Source of the DNA: Negativicutes bacterium
Lineage (GTDB): Bacteria > Bacillota > Negativicutes > JBAXTZ01
Direction: 5' to 3'
NCBI GenBank assembly: GCA_041666525.1
Contig: JBAYGT010000001.1
Location: 132,014-196,013 of the forward strand
Length of the DNA: 64,000 nt
Shown piece after piece: positions 50,990 to 60,999 of the stretch (the stretch's first letter is position 1; each line of letters starts with the position of its first letter). A model generated the notes under the pieces. It was not told where the DNA came from. It did not search any database and was given only the letters and a program-made list of their open reading frames with translations. Both the position numbers and the translations under genes were made by a program.

Positions 50990-52231
50990 TTATCCCCGCT
51001 GCATGTATTCATCTTGTTTTGCTGTCAGACTATCGATGCCAACTCCGGCGGTTTCAAGTTTCAAACGGGCTACCATCATATCCAGTTCGGGCGGCAAAAC
51101 GTGGACTTTGTTCTCAAGTTTACCCTGATTTTGCAATAAATAGCGCACAGCAACACATTGCATCGCAAAACTCAAATCCATTATCTCGGCCGGATGACCG
51201 TCGCCGGCAGCCAAATTTACCAATCGGCCTTCAGCCAATAAATAAATTTTTCGATCATCGTTCAATTTATATTGTTCAATATTATTACGTGCCATAGTTT
51301 TTTCTTTAGTTATCGCAACTAAATCCGGTTTGGAAATTTCCACATCAAAATGACCGGCGTTGGACAGAATCGCACCATTTTTCATTACTGCAAAATGTTC
51401 GGCACGAATAACATCAATATTTCCGGTAACTGTCACAAAAATATCACCAATCCTCGCGGCATCCAGCATTGTCATAACTCTAAAGCCATCAAAAACCGCC
51501 TCAATTGCCTTTATTGGATCTACTTCGGTAACGGTTACATTTGCCCCCAAGCCTTTGGCGCGCATCGCAACACCTTTGCCGCACCAACCATAACCGGCCA
51601 CGACAACATTTTTTCCTGCAATAGTTAAATTAGTTGTACGCATTATTCCGTCCCAAGTGGACTGACCGGTTCCGTAACGGTTATCAAACAAATACTTGCA
51701 GTATGAATCATTTACAGCAACAATCGGCACGCACAGCTGCCCGGCACGTTCTAATGCGCGGTGCCGGTGCACACCAGTCGTCGTTTCTTCAGTAACGCCG
51801 ATAACATTCGGCAACAATTGACGTCTTTCGCTATGCAGCAAATTCACCAAATCGCCGCCATCGTCAATAAGAATATCCGGTTTGGTGTCCAATGCGCAAA
51901 GCAGATAGTGATCATACTCCTCTGCAGTACAACCGTGTGTAGCAAACACCTGTACCCCGCGTTGAACAAGCGCCGCACAAACATCGTCTTGTGTCGAAAG
52001 CGGATTGCTGCCGGTCACTATCATTTCTGCCCCGGCCCGTTTTAGTATTAACGCCAGATAAGCAGTCTTGGCTTCCAAATGAATTGTAGCAACGATTTTC
52101 TTGCCCGCAAAAGTTTGCTCACGCGCCATTTCTTCACCCAGCGCGTTCAGCACCGGCATATGTTCACTAACCCAATCTATTTTATAGTTTCCGGCTGCTG
52201 CAAGGTTGATATCTTTAATTATCGAATTCAT
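50990..52231 (-). CDS. ahcY: Adenosylhomocysteinase (short bacterial/archaeal type)
   Basis: 413 aa with an NAD-binding GYGWCGKG motif and SAHH signatures. Confidence 0.9.
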   Translation of the reverse strand: MNSIIKDINLAAAGNYKIDWVSEHMPVLNALGEEMAREQTFAGKKIVATIHLEAKTAYLALILKRAGAEMIVTGSNPLSTQDDVCAALVQRGVQVFATHGCTAEEYDHYLLCALDTKPDILIDDGGDLVNLLHSERRQLLPNVIGVTEETTTGVHRHRALERAGQLCVPIVAVNDSYCKYLFDNRYGTGQSTWDGIMRTTNLTIAGKNVVVAGYGWCGKGVAMRAKGLGANVTVTEVDPIKAIEAVFDGFRVMTMLDAARIGDIFVTVTGNIDVIRAEHFAVMKNGAILSNAGHFDVEISKPDLVAITKEKTMARNNIEQYKLNDDRKIYLLAEGRLVNLAAGDGHPAEIMDLSFAMQCVAVRYLLQNQGKLENKVHVLPPELDMMVARLKLETAGVGIDSLTAKQDEYMQRG

Positions 52232-52252
52232 TTATCTTTCTCCAAAATATTA

Positions 52253-53023
52253 TTATATATCCCACTTTCGAATAACATCAGTCATTGAATAATCGGTAAA
52301 ATCGATCATTAACGGCGTAAGTGAAATTTTTCCGGCGCGTATCGCTTCAACATCACTCGTAGGGTGCGCCGCATCGTCAGTGATAGCTCCGCCCATCCAA
52401 TAGTATACCCGGCCACGCGGATCAGTTCGTCGCTCAAAGACGTTTTCATAACGAAGCACACCCATCGTCGTCACAACGGCGCCGCGTAATTTTTCTTCAG
52501 GTATATTCGGAACATTAATGTTAATCAATCGTGCGCGTTTTGTTGAACGATGATTAGCAACCAGTTGCGGAGCGATCCTAGCTGCGTAGCGCGCGGCAAC
52601 AGAAAAATCCCATTCATAACCACCCCAGGTAACCAGTGATACTGCTATAGCCGGTAATTCACAAGTCAATCCTTCTATCGCGGCTCCTACCGTTCCCGAA
52701 TACAGAATATCAGTTCCAAGATTTGGCCCGTGATTAATTCCGGTAATAATAAGGTCAGGGATATCATTAAGTAATATTTCGCCAAGTGCCAATTTCACAC
52801 AATCAGCCGGAGTTCCTTCAACGCGATAGGCAGTGACATTGGCAATTATTAAGTCTTGTTCGTGAATCATTAATGGCTGATTTATTGTCAAAGCCTGACT
52901 CTGCGCGCTACGCTCACCGTCAGGCGCCACGACCGTTATTCGCGCAATTTTCGCCAATTCTTCAACTAATGCACGAATTCCTTTAGCATTAATTCCATCA
53001 TCATTAGAAACCAAAATGTGCAT
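52253..53023 (-). CDS. surE: 5'/3'-nucleotidase SurE
   Basis: 256 aa starting MHILVSNDDGI. Confidence 0.9.
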   Translation of the reverse strand: MHILVSNDDGINAKGIRALVEELAKIARITVVAPDGERSAQSQALTINQPLMIHEQDLIIANVTAYRVEGTPADCVKLALGEILLNDIPDLIITGINHGPNLGTDILYSGTVGAAIEGLTCELPAIAVSLVTWGGYEWDFSVAARYAARIAPQLVANHRSTKRARLININVPNIPEEKLRGAVVTTMGVLRYENVFERRTDPRGRVYYWMGGAITDDAAHPTSDVEAIRAGKISLTPLMIDFTDYSMTDVIRKWDI

Positions 53024-53065
53024 AAATTCCCTCCGTCCACTATTTTAACATTTTGCACATCCTTA

Positions 53066-53096
53066 AGCAAAAAAATCTGTCAAAATTGACAGATTT
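53066..53096 (-). terminator. Rho-independent terminator downstream of the GT2 gene
   Basis: A perfect 11-bp inverted repeat, AAATCTGTCAA-AA-TTGACAGATTT, followed by TTTTTTGC on the minus strand. Confidence 0.7.
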
Positions 53097-53101
53097 CGTT
53101 G

Positions 53102-54361
53102 TTATTTATTCACTTGGTCGTCAGGATCAGTGATTATGCCTTTTTGCTTTAATATTTCTTTGTAATTCACCGAACGACTATGCGTAGTATGTGCCCACTC
53201 ACGTTTGTTCCGATCCCAAAACCCGATAAACGCCAGCGGAATCCAGGTTAACATGAACACCGGATAGAGCGGTAAATATATCCAGGTACGCCAACCGATG
53301 CGCATTCTTATAAGAATATATGCCATTATTGCATACTGAACGTATGTGAACATGCCCGTTATTGAAAGTGGCAAGAAATAGTGCAAAATAAACGTGAATT
53401 GCACAGTAACATCATGCACCAACAAAAACAGTGTTGAAACAATTAAAAATAACGGTTGCAAAAGCGGCGTGATTCCCTCAACTATCCGAATATCGCGACG
53501 CTTAATCCCGTTTCTGATAAGCACCGGAATATATCTGGCGGCAACATCAAACTGCCCTTGAACCCATCGTTTACGTTGAACCCAACTTTGTTTGAAAGTC
53601 AGCGGTTTTTCATCATAAACTATCGCTTCATGCGCCCATGTAGTAGGAATCCCGATTGCCAACGCCTTCATGGTAAACTCCATGTCTTCTACCAGACAGG
53701 TAGCACCCCAGCCAAACTTTTTAAGCAAACCATAGGAAATACACATTCCTGTACCACCAAGAACACACGAAAGTCCCATATTATACTTCGCCAAATGCCA
53801 AACATGATTTACGACCCAAAACATCATCGCAAACGTCGCGGCAGTCCAGGAATCGTTGGGATTCTTGGCATCAATAAAGCCCTGAATAATTTTTTCACCG
53901 CGCAACAAACGGTTATTCATTACTTTTAAAAAATCCGGATGCACAAGATTGTCGGCATCGAAAACACAAACTCCGTCATATTTTCGGTTGAGTGCGAACA
54001 ATTTTTCAAGCAACCATTCCATCGCATAGCCTTTGCCGCGTTTTGCCTTATTGAACCGTTCAAACACCACCGCGCCGGCATTGCGCGCAACTTCAGCCGT
54101 ATTGTCATTACAATTATCTGCAACTACATAAATATCTACAAGCTCACGCGGATAATTAAGCGCATAGCAATTCTCCACCAATTGTCCGATAACCGCTTCT
54201 TCATTGTGTGCAGCAACAATCAGTGCGAATCTGCTGCTCGGCACTTCAAAAACTCGTTCTTTCCTATGCCATAAACCAAAAAAACCAACCAAAAAATAAT
54301 ACCACGTAAAAAATATTATAAATATTTGCAGCGGTATCATAATAATATCAAGCCAATGCAT
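53102..54361 (-). CDS. Family-2 glycosyltransferase, membrane-integrated (processive GT2-like)
   Basis: 419 aa. It has an N-terminal TM, the GT-A DxD region (VFDADN), a QxxRW-like motif (QRKRWVQG) and C-terminal TM helices. Confidence 0.7.
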   Translation of the reverse strand: MHWLDIIMIPLQIFIIFFTWYYFLVGFFGLWHRKERVFEVPSSRFALIVAAHNEEAVIGQLVENCYALNYPRELVDIYVVADNCNDNTAEVARNAGAVVFERFNKAKRGKGYAMEWLLEKLFALNRKYDGVCVFDADNLVHPDFLKVMNNRLLRGEKIIQGFIDAKNPNDSWTAATFAMMFWVVNHVWHLAKYNMGLSCVLGGTGMCISYGLLKKFGWGATCLVEDMEFTMKALAIGIPTTWAHEAIVYDEKPLTFKQSWVQRKRWVQGQFDVAARYIPVLIRNGIKRRDIRIVEGITPLLQPLFLIVSTLFLLVHDVTVQFTFILHYFLPLSITGMFTYVQYAIMAYILIRMRIGWRTWIYLPLYPVFMLTWIPLAFIGFWDRNKREWAHTTHSRSVNYKEILKQKGIITDPDDQVNK

Positions 54362-55042
54362 TTATCGTTTTGCCTTTCTAAAAATAACCGAGTTGATCAG
54401 TCCGTACATTACAAATAACGCTACCAGCGCAAAAAATACTTTACCAAAACTGAAACAACCATTCAGCAAAGTCGCAACCGCAAGCAAACCAGCGATAATC
54501 CAAGCCGTTTTTCCAAAATAATCACACTTGTTTTTGAAATCCGGATATTTTATCGAACTGACCATCAAAAATCCCATTAATAATATATAAGAAATCACTC
54601 CATATAATTCCAGGCTGTGACCACTAAATACAAATGCTGCTATTGCAATTCCGCCACCCGGAATCGGCAGTCCTTGAAAATAGCCTTTTATTTCCGCTGT
54701 CGAAATATTGAAACGCGCCAATCTCCAAACACCGCACATTGTGTATACCGCACAAATTATCGCACCGTACCAACCCAGGCGGTGTAAATCATATTGATAT
54801 AGCAATATTGCCGGAGCTGCGCCAAAAGATACGGCATCGGACAATGAATCAAGTTGTTTGCCCATTTCACTGGCCACTTCAAAGAATCGCGCTACTCTGC
54901 CATCCATTGCATCAGCAGCTACTGCAATAACTATAAACAGCGCCGCCAAAATAAAGTTGTGATTGATTGAAGCAACTACCGACAGCATGCCGAACAAGCA
55001 ATTACTCAAAGTAAACAAGTTAGGAATCATTGCTTTATTCAT
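54362..55042 (-). CDS. pssA: CDP-diacylglycerol–serine O-phosphatidyltransferase
   Basis: 226 aa with the CDP-alcohol phosphatidyltransferase motif (DAMDGRVAR...GKQLDSLSD). Confidence 0.85.
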   Translation of the reverse strand: MNKAMIPNLFTLSNCLFGMLSVVASINHNFILAALFIVIAVAADAMDGRVARFFEVASEMGKQLDSLSDAVSFGAAPAILLYQYDLHRLGWYGAIICAVYTMCGVWRLARFNISTAEIKGYFQGLPIPGGGIAIAAFVFSGHSLELYGVISYILLMGFLMVSSIKYPDFKNKCDYFGKTAWIIAGLLAVATLLNGCFSFGKVFFALVALFVMYGLINSVIFRKAKR

Positions 55043-55682
55043 CGTTTCTCCTTATTATTCCGAGAACTGTCTCACCGCAGCGGACCTTATCGCCGGGTTT
55101 TACCATTACATCGACATTCATCGGCACAACAATTTCTGTGCACGAACCAAACTTTATCATTCCATAAGTGTCGCCTTTATTCAACTTCGCGCCAATCGTA
55201 ACCCAAGAAACAATTCGCCGGGCAAGAATCCCGGCTATTTGTGAAACTAACACCTTGATTTCTTGATTTTCAATCCCGATAGTATGACGTTCATTTTCCC
55301 AAGCCGCAAAAACTTTATATGCCGGCACAAATCGTCCCTGAACATATTCTTGAAATTTTATTTCACCAAAAATCGGTGCCCGGTTAACGTGTACGTTGAA
55401 CGGCGACAAAAATATCGTCACCTTTTTTCCCGGTGCGTCCAAGTACTCCGATTCAAAAATCTCCTCAACGCCCATAACCTTGCCTTCGGCCGGGCTGACA
55501 ATAATGTTCGCCGCTTGAGGAATTACCCGCTTTGGATTACGAAAAAAATAAGCCATATAAATTGCTAATCCCATCGGAACTATCCACAAAGGCAAACTAA
55601 TATAACGATAGGCTAATCCAGCCAACACTAAAAAACACAAATAAAACGGTATTCCTTCACGTAAAAAATACTCTTTTCGCAT
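55035..55682 (-). CDS. psd: Phosphatidylserine decarboxylase proenzyme (short type)
   Basis: 215 aa. The FGS self-cleavage site (MIKFGSCTEI) lies near the C-terminus. It overlaps pssA by 8 nt. Confidence 0.8.
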   Translation of the reverse strand: MRKEYFLREGIPFYLCFLVLAGLAYRYISLPLWIVPMGLAIYMAYFFRNPKRVIPQAANIIVSPAEGKVMGVEEIFESEYLDAPGKKVTIFLSPFNVHVNRAPIFGEIKFQEYVQGRFVPAYKVFAAWENERHTIGIENQEIKVLVSQIAGILARRIVSWVTIGAKLNKGDTYGMIKFGSCTEIVVPMNVDVMVKPGDKVRCGETVLGIIRRNDE

Positions 55683-55733
55683 CTATACTATTCCTTTCAA
55701 AGCAGTGTGGTATTATATCACACATTTTGCCCA

Positions 55734-56468
55734 TTATCCATTTAACTTTGAAATCAATACCTTAAACGCAAACTTCGGTAAATTCATCATTCGTATTATT
55801 CGCCACGGTTGCATAATTAATCGATATGCCCACTCAAGGTGAATACGCTGCATCCAGAGCGGAGCACGTTTTACAATTCCGGCCATTACATCAAAAGTTC
55901 CGCCGACACCAATGCAAACCGGAACACCAAGCACTTGCAAATGTTCCTCCAACCAAAGTTCCTGCCGCGGCACGCCCAGTGCCACCAACAAAATATCGGG
56001 TTGTGCTTTCGTAACAGCCTCAATAACTGCTTCTTGTTCATTTGGCGCAAAATAACCGTTTTCCACTCCGACAATTTGCAAACCGGCATACTTAGCTTCT
56101 GCAGCTGTCTTGGCCTGATTGGCAACACCGGGTGCAGCACCCAAAAAAAACACTCGGAAGTTCTTCTTTGCGGCCAATTTCAATAATTCTTGCGATAAAT
56201 CATAGCCGGCAACCCGCTCTGGTATGGCAAGGCCAAAATATTTTGCTGCTAAAATAACACCTGCCCCATCGGGAATTACTAGTGCTGCATTAAGCATCGC
56301 TTTCAGCAACTGCGGATTAGTGTTTGCCTGCATTATCATTTCGGCGTTTGCCGTAATAATTTCGGCCGGGACGCGTGAAACAATTTGTTTTTCGCAAAAC
56401 GCTACTGCTTCGTTCATAGTTACCGGATCAATGCCAACACCAAGAATTTCTACGCGGTTTTTATTCAT
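55734..56468 (-). CDS. WecB/TagA/CpsF-family glycosyltransferase
   Basis: 244 aa, family match. Confidence 0.8.
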   Translation of the reverse strand: MNKNRVEILGVGIDPVTMNEAVAFCEKQIVSRVPAEIITANAEMIMQANTNPQLLKAMLNAALVIPDGAGVILAAKYFGLAIPERVAGYDLSQELLKLAAKKNFRVFFLGAAPGVANQAKTAAEAKYAGLQIVGVENGYFAPNEQEAVIEAVTKAQPDILLVALGVPRQELWLEEHLQVLGVPVCIGVGGTFDVMAGIVKRAPLWMQRIHLEWAYRLIMQPWRIIRMMNLPKFAFKVLISKLNG

Positions 56469-56489
56469 TAAAGCTCCTCGTGCTAATCA

Positions 56490-58481
56490 CTATTCTTTCA
56501 ATTTCAGCTTCTCAAACAATCCGGAAAATTTACTACCCAGATTATCAGTTGTTTCTGTATCCTTTTTCGCCGCAAATTTATCAATTTCAGCGCGCTCCGC
56601 ATCTTCAGCTACCCGTTTAACACTCAATATGACCCGTTTTGCTTGTTCATCTATTCTAACGATTTTTGCAATCAGCATTGATCCGGTTTTATAAATTGAC
56701 TCCAATGATGACCGTTTTATTTCACAATCTAACTCTGACGCTGGTACAAACCCTTCTAAATGTTGTGCAACCTCAACAATTATCCCGGCTTTTTGCACTC
56801 GTAAAACCTTGATATTGACAATTTCTTCTTCATTAAACTTCTTGACGTCCTCGTACCAGGGATCTAATTGCAAATCTTTAACACTTAGTGATATTCGGCC
56901 CTGCGCTTTATCGATTTTTTGAACAATTACGCGGATCGGATCACCGGCATTTACCAATTCCCCAGCATGTTTAACGCGTATCCAGGACAACTCCCGATTT
57001 GGAACCAAACCATCCACGGGTCCCAATTTAACAAAAACGCCAAAATCAGCGATTCGCGCAACCGTACCGTCGATTATCTCACCTTCTTTTAGCTCATCGT
57101 AAAATCTATTAATTTCAGCGTCTTTTTCGGCTTGCAAAACAACCCGCCGGCTTAACACAACACGCTTTTTTTCGCGATCTACCTCGATAACCTTAACATG
57201 AATATGATTACCGATATACGAAGCAATATCATCAACAAATTTGGTATCCAGTTGTGAAACCGGAATAAACGCCCGCAATCCAAGACAAGAAGCAATCACC
57301 CCGCCCTTTACGGCTTCGACACAGCTTGCATTTAGTATTTCACCACGCTCTGATGCCTCAGTAACTTTATCCCAAGCCGTAAGTTGATCAGCCTGCACTT
57401 TAGAAAGCGAAATACCGTCTTTACCATCGGTAGCCAAAACTAGTACTTCTATTTCATCGCCGCGATTGACAATCTTTCTGCAATCATCCGGTGTCGGAAA
57501 TGCCAGTTCGCTCGGAATTATCACACCTTCGCCCTTATAGCCGATGTCCACGAATACGCTATCCATGCGCACGCTGACAACGACTCCCTTAATAACGTCT
57601 CCGGTTCGAACCCGCTTAACCGACATTTCCATGCTATCTTGCATTGAAAATTCTTCCACTCTATTTACCACTCCTTCAATTATCCAATCCGGCGTTGATG
57701 CACCGGCAGTTATACCGACAGTGTTTTTTTTGTAAAACCATTCTTGTTTCAATTCATTAGCTTCTTCAATATGAAATGTGTTCAAACAACTTTGACTGCA
57801 GATTTTCGCTAAATGACAAGTATTAGAGCTGTGTTTTCCACCTATAACAATCATTATATCAACTTGCAGAGCAACACCGACAGCCGAACTTTGGCGTTTG
57901 CTGGTAGCCAGACAAGTAGTTTTCTTAACAACAACGTCCTTAGCCTTAGCACTGATAGCCAAGACAATGTCATCAAAATCTTTGCTGATAAAAGTTGTTT
58001 GCGCAACAATGCCAATCTTTGTCAAGCCATTTATTTTTTCGGCTTCGTCAACACTATTTACAACGACAGGCCGCTCACCTGCCCATTTCATAATGCTTTG
58101 CACTTCCGGATGATCACCGTCACCTACGATAACAACCGTCCGGCCTTCCTCTGCTAACGCCAACGCTTCGTGTTGAACCTTTGTCACATCGGGACAAGTA
58201 GCATCAACAACAATCAAACCCTTTTTTTCAGCATCAATATACACTTCTGGTCCCACACCGTGCGAGCGAATTATCAACACTCCGCATTGAGTTTCATCAA
58301 CAGTATCGCAAACACTGACTTCGCTCAGATTTAGCCGCTCAACCACTTGTTTATTATGAATTAATTCACCAAGCGTACAAATCTTTTTTGTTTTATAGTC
58401 GTTGGCTGCCTTGAGCGCCATATCAACAGCACGTTTGACACCGTAGCAAAATCCCATGTGCTCAGCTTTGACGATTTTCAT
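56490..58481 (-). CDS. ispH: Bifunctional 4-hydroxy-3-methylbut-2-enyl diphosphate reductase / ribosomal protein S1
   Basis: 663 aa. The N-terminal part is IspH (MKIVKAEHMGFCYGVKRAV). It is followed by four S1 RNA-binding repeats. Confidence 0.9.
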   Translation of the reverse strand: MKIVKAEHMGFCYGVKRAVDMALKAANDYKTKKICTLGELIHNKQVVERLNLSEVSVCDTVDETQCGVLIIRSHGVGPEVYIDAEKKGLIVVDATCPDVTKVQHEALALAEEGRTVVIVGDGDHPEVQSIMKWAGERPVVVNSVDEAEKINGLTKIGIVAQTTFISKDFDDIVLAISAKAKDVVVKKTTCLATSKRQSSAVGVALQVDIMIVIGGKHSSNTCHLAKICSQSCLNTFHIEEANELKQEWFYKKNTVGITAGASTPDWIIEGVVNRVEEFSMQDSMEMSVKRVRTGDVIKGVVVSVRMDSVFVDIGYKGEGVIIPSELAFPTPDDCRKIVNRGDEIEVLVLATDGKDGISLSKVQADQLTAWDKVTEASERGEILNASCVEAVKGGVIASCLGLRAFIPVSQLDTKFVDDIASYIGNHIHVKVIEVDREKKRVVLSRRVVLQAEKDAEINRFYDELKEGEIIDGTVARIADFGVFVKLGPVDGLVPNRELSWIRVKHAGELVNAGDPIRVIVQKIDKAQGRISLSVKDLQLDPWYEDVKKFNEEEIVNIKVLRVQKAGIIVEVAQHLEGFVPASELDCEIKRSSLESIYKTGSMLIAKIVRIDEQAKRVILSVKRVAEDAERAEIDKFAAKKDTETTDNLGSKFSGLFEKLKLKE

Positions 58482-59089
58482 TTTTTCACTCCGACAGCTA
58501 ACATTTTCGCTATCTGCTTCATCATATCATCGGTCATTTTCTGCATACCTTCACGGTTGTTTTCATAATCATTCGGATATAATGGAACGCCAAACACTAC
58601 AGTCACCCCGGTTTTCAGCATTGATTTTGTTCCAAACACCGCAGTCGGTACTATCGGAACTTTTGCGCGCATCGCAATCATCGCAGCACCTAAAGTTGCT
58701 TTGCCAAGCATTCCATCCTTGCTGCGTGTTCCCTCGGGAAAGATTCCCAGGCTGAAACCCGAATTAATAAAGCCAATTGCATACCGCAACGAAGCTGCCG
58801 CGCTGCTGGCCACTGAACGTTCCACAGGAAAAACCCGCCACTGCCGTAACAGCGCTGCAACCAACCGATTCTTAAATATTTCGCTTTTACCCATATAGCT
58901 AATCTTCACCCGCACTGGTGTCGCGATGCCTACAATGAAAGGATCAGCTACATGAACATGATTTGCAGCAATAATCATTTGTCCTTGGGGTAAATTTTTC
59001 GCACCGAAAACTTTCATCCTGAACAGAGTTTTTGCTATTAGTAATACAAAGATTCGGCAAACCCAATAAATTAACATATTGCCTCGCAT
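58478..59089 (-). CDS. plsC: 1-acyl-sn-glycerol-3-phosphate acyltransferase
   Basis: 203 aa with the acyltransferase H(x)4D motif (NHVHVADP) and FPEGTRS. Confidence 0.85.
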   Translation of the reverse strand: MRGNMLIYWVCRIFVLLIAKTLFRMKVFGAKNLPQGQMIIAANHVHVADPFIVGIATPVRVKISYMGKSEIFKNRLVAALLRQWRVFPVERSVASSAAASLRYAIGFINSGFSLGIFPEGTRSKDGMLGKATLGAAMIAMRAKVPIVPTAVFGTKSMLKTGVTVVFGVPLYPNDYENNREGMQKMTDDMMKQIAKMLAVGVKK

Positions 59090-59739
59090 AAATCACATAT
59101 TTTTTTACTAACATCGGCAATCGACATACCGGTCGTATCTATTTCAATTGCATCAATTGCCTTTGAAAGCGGCGATATCGCTCGGTTGCTATCGGTGTAA
59201 TCACGGGCTTCAATTGTTTTTTTCAATTCGGCGAATTCGATTTCGACGCCGCTATCTGTCAATTCCAACCAACGCCGCCGTGCGCGTTCCTCAACACTGG
59301 CCGTTAAAAATATTTTCAACTCAGCATAAGGTAGAACCACCGTTCCAATATCTCTGCCATCTACTACAACACCGCCTGCGCTGCTCAACCGTCGTTGCAA
59401 AGCAACCAGCGCTATGCGCACGCTGGCTGATTGCGCAACTATCGACACGGCGTTTGATATTTCCAGGCTGCGAATTTCATTGGTAATATTACTTGAACCA
59501 ACGAACACTTCTGTAGCGCCGCGCGAATAATCAAGATTTAGTTGCAAATTTTCGACAACACCCGCCAAGCCCTTTTCATCAACAAAGCTAACACCCGCAT
59601 TTTTAGCTGCCCAACACACCGCGCGATACATCGCTCCGGTATCTAAATACTTGTAATTAAGCCGGTCGGCAACGATTTTTGCAATCGTACTTTTCCCGGC
59701 ACCAGCCGGTCCGTCAATCGCAACACAAATTTTCTTCAC
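59071..59739 (-). CDS. cmk: Cytidylate kinase
   Basis: 222 aa with the P-loop AIDGPAGAGKST. Confidence 0.9.
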   Translation of the reverse strand: MKKICVAIDGPAGAGKSTIAKIVADRLNYKYLDTGAMYRAVCWAAKNAGVSFVDEKGLAGVVENLQLNLDYSRGATEVFVGSSNITNEIRSLEISNAVSIVAQSASVRIALVALQRRLSSAGGVVVDGRDIGTVVLPYAELKIFLTASVEERARRRWLELTDSGVEIEFAELKKTIEARDYTDSNRAISPLSKAIDAIEIDTTGMSIADVSKKICDLCEAIC

Positions 59740-59763
59740 AACTTACCTCAAAAAAATTTTCAG

Positions 59764-60999
59764 CTATTCACATTTTCCTGCCGCCATTCCGGCAGCATAA
59801 CCGCTAGAAAAAGCAATCTGCAGATTAAAACCACCGGTATAAGCATCTACGTCAATAGTCTCACCTGCAAAAAACACATTTGCGATTTTTCTGCATTCCA
59901 TGGTTTTGGGATTAAGCTCTTTTACAGAAACGCCGCCAGCCGTAACTATGGCTTCAGCTACAGGACGCACGCCGCTAATGTTAACGGGAAACTTTTGCAG
60001 CAGCTCAAGAATCTGCCTACGCTCAGTTTTGGTCAATTGGGCCATTTGTTTATTGGCATTAACCGGTAAGATACTTAAGAAAGGCCCGATTATCGACAAT
60101 GGTAATAATTCAGAAAATCCGTTCTTTAACATTTTTCGCGAATTTTTGGCAAAATCCCGAGTCAACCGGGCATCCAAAACTTCCTGAGTTAATGCCGGTT
60201 TCAGATTTATTTCTATCCGAACTGCCCCCGGTACAATAGTGCAGCCAAGCAGTGCGCGACTAAGCGTAAGTATCGTCGGGCCTGACAAGCCAAAATGTGT
60301 GAACAATAGTTCGCCAAATTCTTCCGCAATCGGTTTTCCGTTGTATACCAAAGTGGTTTTTACATTGCGCAAGCTCAACCCCTGAACTTCATGCAACCAA
60401 CTGTCCGGAGATTCAAGCGGAATCAACGAGGCTTGCGGCTCGACAACACTCAGTCCTAGTTTTCTTGCAAACTTCCAGCCGTCGCCAGTCGAGCCGGTAA
60501 GCGGGTAAGACATCCCGCCGGTTGCAATAATAATCGCATCGGCAGTATGATTTCCTCGTACGGTCTCTACATATATTTTTGAATCGTTGACGCTTATCCC
60601 GCTCACAGCACAATTGGTAAGCACTTCGATTTCAGAAATATTTATTGCATCTTTAAGCACCTGCACGATGCTCGCCGCTTCGTCGTTAGCCGGAAAAACC
60701 CGGCCTCCGCGTTCAACTTTCAATTTCAATCCACGCGACTCAAAAAAATCCATCAAGGCTTGATTGTCAAACATGGAAAAAGCACTATGCATGAATCTGC
60801 CATTACCTGGGGTATTATTAATAAATTCTTCGCGGGTACAAGAATTAGTAAGATTACAGCGACCTTTGCCGGTAATCAATAATTTTTTCCCAAGACAGGA
60901 ATTCTTTTCAAGCAACAATACTTGCGCGCCATTGCTTGCCGCAACACAGGCCGCCATCATTCCCGCCGCTCCGCCGCCAACAACGATCACCTTCTTCAT
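59764..60999 (-). CDS. HI0933-family flavoprotein (BaiN/aminoacetone-oxidase-like NAD(P)/FAD oxidoreductase)
   Basis: 411 aa with an N-terminal GGGAAG Rossmann motif. Family match. Confidence 0.75.
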   Translation of the reverse strand: MKKVIVVGGGAAGMMAACVAASNGAQVLLLEKNSCLGKKLLITGKGRCNLTNSCTREEFINNTPGNGRFMHSAFSMFDNQALMDFFESRGLKLKVERGGRVFPANDEAASIVQVLKDAINISEIEVLTNCAVSGISVNDSKIYVETVRGNHTADAIIIATGGMSYPLTGSTGDGWKFARKLGLSVVEPQASLIPLESPDSWLHEVQGLSLRNVKTTLVYNGKPIAEEFGELLFTHFGLSGPTILTLSRALLGCTIVPGAVRIEINLKPALTQEVLDARLTRDFAKNSRKMLKNGFSELLPLSIIGPFLSILPVNANKQMAQLTKTERRQILELLQKFPVNISGVRPVAEAIVTAGGVSVKELNPKTMECRKIANVFFAGETIDVDAYTGGFNLQIAFSSGYAAGMAAGKCE

